Positions 62,370 to 64,000 of a stretch of DNA of 64,000 bases are shown here, piece by piece. The notes beneath the pieces were generated by a model. That model had not been told where the DNA came from. It saw only the letters and a list, made by a program, of their open reading frames with translations, and made no database searches. A program made the translations under genes and the position numbers. Source of the DNA: Schmidtea nova. Lineage: Eukaryota. How positions within the stretch are numbered: the stretch's first letter is position 1; each line of letters opens with the position of its first letter. The DNA lies in contig CM097882.1 of NCBI GenBank assembly GCA_044892505.1, positions 25,482,001 through 25,546,000 on the forward strand, given 5' to 3'.

Positions 62370-63215
62370 GTGATAAAACAGGTTGACAGGAAAAGGTACT
62401 CACACTTTACAACCGCTTGCAATGATGTAAAACGAAACGCGAGTAAGGGTGGAGAACGAATAACGGCACTAAGAGGTGGGAAACAAAATGTGAACACGTT
62501 AATGGAGACTTGTCAAAGAGAACAGTGTGAAAAGGAATATATCGAAAGTTTTGCACCTAAAGCTCAGGAAGTAGCCCATGGTGAGGTTCGAACTGGTGAT
62601 GGTGATTTGAATTCAGGTCGAGGTAAGAATAGCGCAGTGAATAGTGGTGTGTCTAGTAAAATGGTTGGTAACTCTGAGTCGGTTGATATTGCAAACGAGG
62701 ATGGAATAAATACTTCTTCAAACGAATTAGTGCAAGAAGTAATGACGGAAATTGAATCTACAATGTCAGTAAAAAATGAGCAGGCAGTAAATGAATATAA
62801 TTTTGAAGAAAACTGCATTGTCGATGAGAAAATTGTAGAAAATATTAACGATATTAAAGAAAACTGCATGGTCGATGAGAAAATTGTGGAAAATATTAGC
62901 GATATTGAAGAAAGTTGTAATTTTGGGGAAATTATTGGAGAGAACTCTTTTAATGGTGAAAACATTGAGCAAGCAATAGTTGAAAATTCCAATGTTGATA
63001 AAAGGGAAAATGGAAAAATTAACGATCTTGACACAGACCTAGGAAATTATGAAGATGTTATCGGAAATTCTAGTATTAAATGTAAAAAGGAAGAAGCGAC
63101 TGAACTTATAAATTGTCCAGATTCTACACGATCCAACACGAGAAACTGCAGAACGAACAATCTAAAAACTATCAGCGAATCGATCCATCTGACCTGTATA
63201 ATCAAACCTGTGTGA
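62370..63215 (+). other. Unassigned acidic low-complexity ORF (frame open from ~62241), probably TE-derived
   Basis: E/N/I-rich, with a 17-aa internal duplication (ENCIVDEKIVENINDIK / ENCMVDEKIVENISDIE); no recognisable domain. Confidence 0.35.
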
Positions 63216-63910
63216 AAAATAGGCACCTAACCAACAGGATACCCCAGAATATTGAGGATTTTAACGGCAGCTGTGATAGCGGGATATTCAATTCTCTCCG
63301 ATCGGACGAGGGTATTCTCGAGAAAGGTGACTCGAGCAATGAACCATCACCACAAATGTCAATCAAGACGGTCTGTGATAACCCCGAAGACCCTCCAGTA
63401 GCACCACCAAGGAGAAAATCTTTGTATTATTCTCTCCGCCAAAAGAATAACCAAAGGCCATCGTTAATACTCGAATCGCCTTCATCGAATGATTCCACTC
63501 TTTCATCCCAAATGACCACCGGCTCCCATTATGAGCAAATATTCGATTGCCGACACAGTAGCAACAACAACAACTTGATGGATGATTCCATGTCCATGAG
63601 CGTGTTTGATTCAACCGAATTGCCTAGCAACAGCAAAGATCCATCACAGACCAGTCCTTGTTCCGATAGGAAATCATCTTCCAACCGTTCGGGTTTATCA
63701 CGCATCCTCTCCCTGCGAACCCCAGTTATCGACCAGCAGCAGCAAGGCAACAGTTTCAAACAACTAGAGAAATCTCACAATTTCAAACAGCACAGATTTG
63801 TTGGACCCCAATGGTGTGATTTCTGTGCCCATTTCATGTGGGGTCTCGTTGCTCAGGGAGTTCAATGTTTCGATTGTGGATTTCAGGCCCACAAGAAATG
63901 TTCCGACAAA
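63121..63910 (+). CDS. chn: Internal exon of a chimaerin-like Rac-GAP (C1 domain); rest of gene not resolved in this window
   Basis: [42 protein letters not shown] closely follows the chimaerin C1 ([35 protein letters not shown]). Acceptor tgtccag at 63120; probable donor GT at 63911. Confidence 0.7.
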
Positions 63911-64000
63911 GTTGGTCTAAATTCAACTAAAAACCCAAATCCACAAAGAAATCGAAACTTCCTCTAAATTCCATTAAAAACCAAATTAACCTAAATTCAA

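Overview
Very AT-rich eukaryotic (metazoan) genomic DNA from a scaffolded assembly with six N-gaps. The 53-67 nt introns and multi-kb LTRs are reminiscent of planarian flatworms, but that is inference only. Host genes: a 13-exon SIN3 co-repressor gene on the minus strand (8903-30187), a serpin pseudogene (~56.8-57.2 kb) and one exon of a chimaerin-like C1-domain gene (63.1-63.9 kb). The rest is largely transposon-derived: an intact hAT nested in a Tc1 relic, mariner, maT (DD37D), hAT and Penelope relics, hammerhead-like motifs and tandem arrays. The standout is a very young 19.3-kb LTR element (31060-50407, minus orientation). It has near-identical 3.7-kb LTRs, a 4-bp TSD (GTAA) and a tRNA-Pro-type PBS, but no visible RT, RNase H or integrase. 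Instead it carries an IAP-type RING ORF, a 1036-aa ubiquitin/SUMO-like + retropepsin + ankyrin fusion and a 515-aa coiled-coil ORF, each preceded by a TTTCAG splice acceptor. It is inserted inside an older LTR of its own family, under 1 kb upstream of SIN3. All coordinates and domain calls were read by eye; no searches were run.
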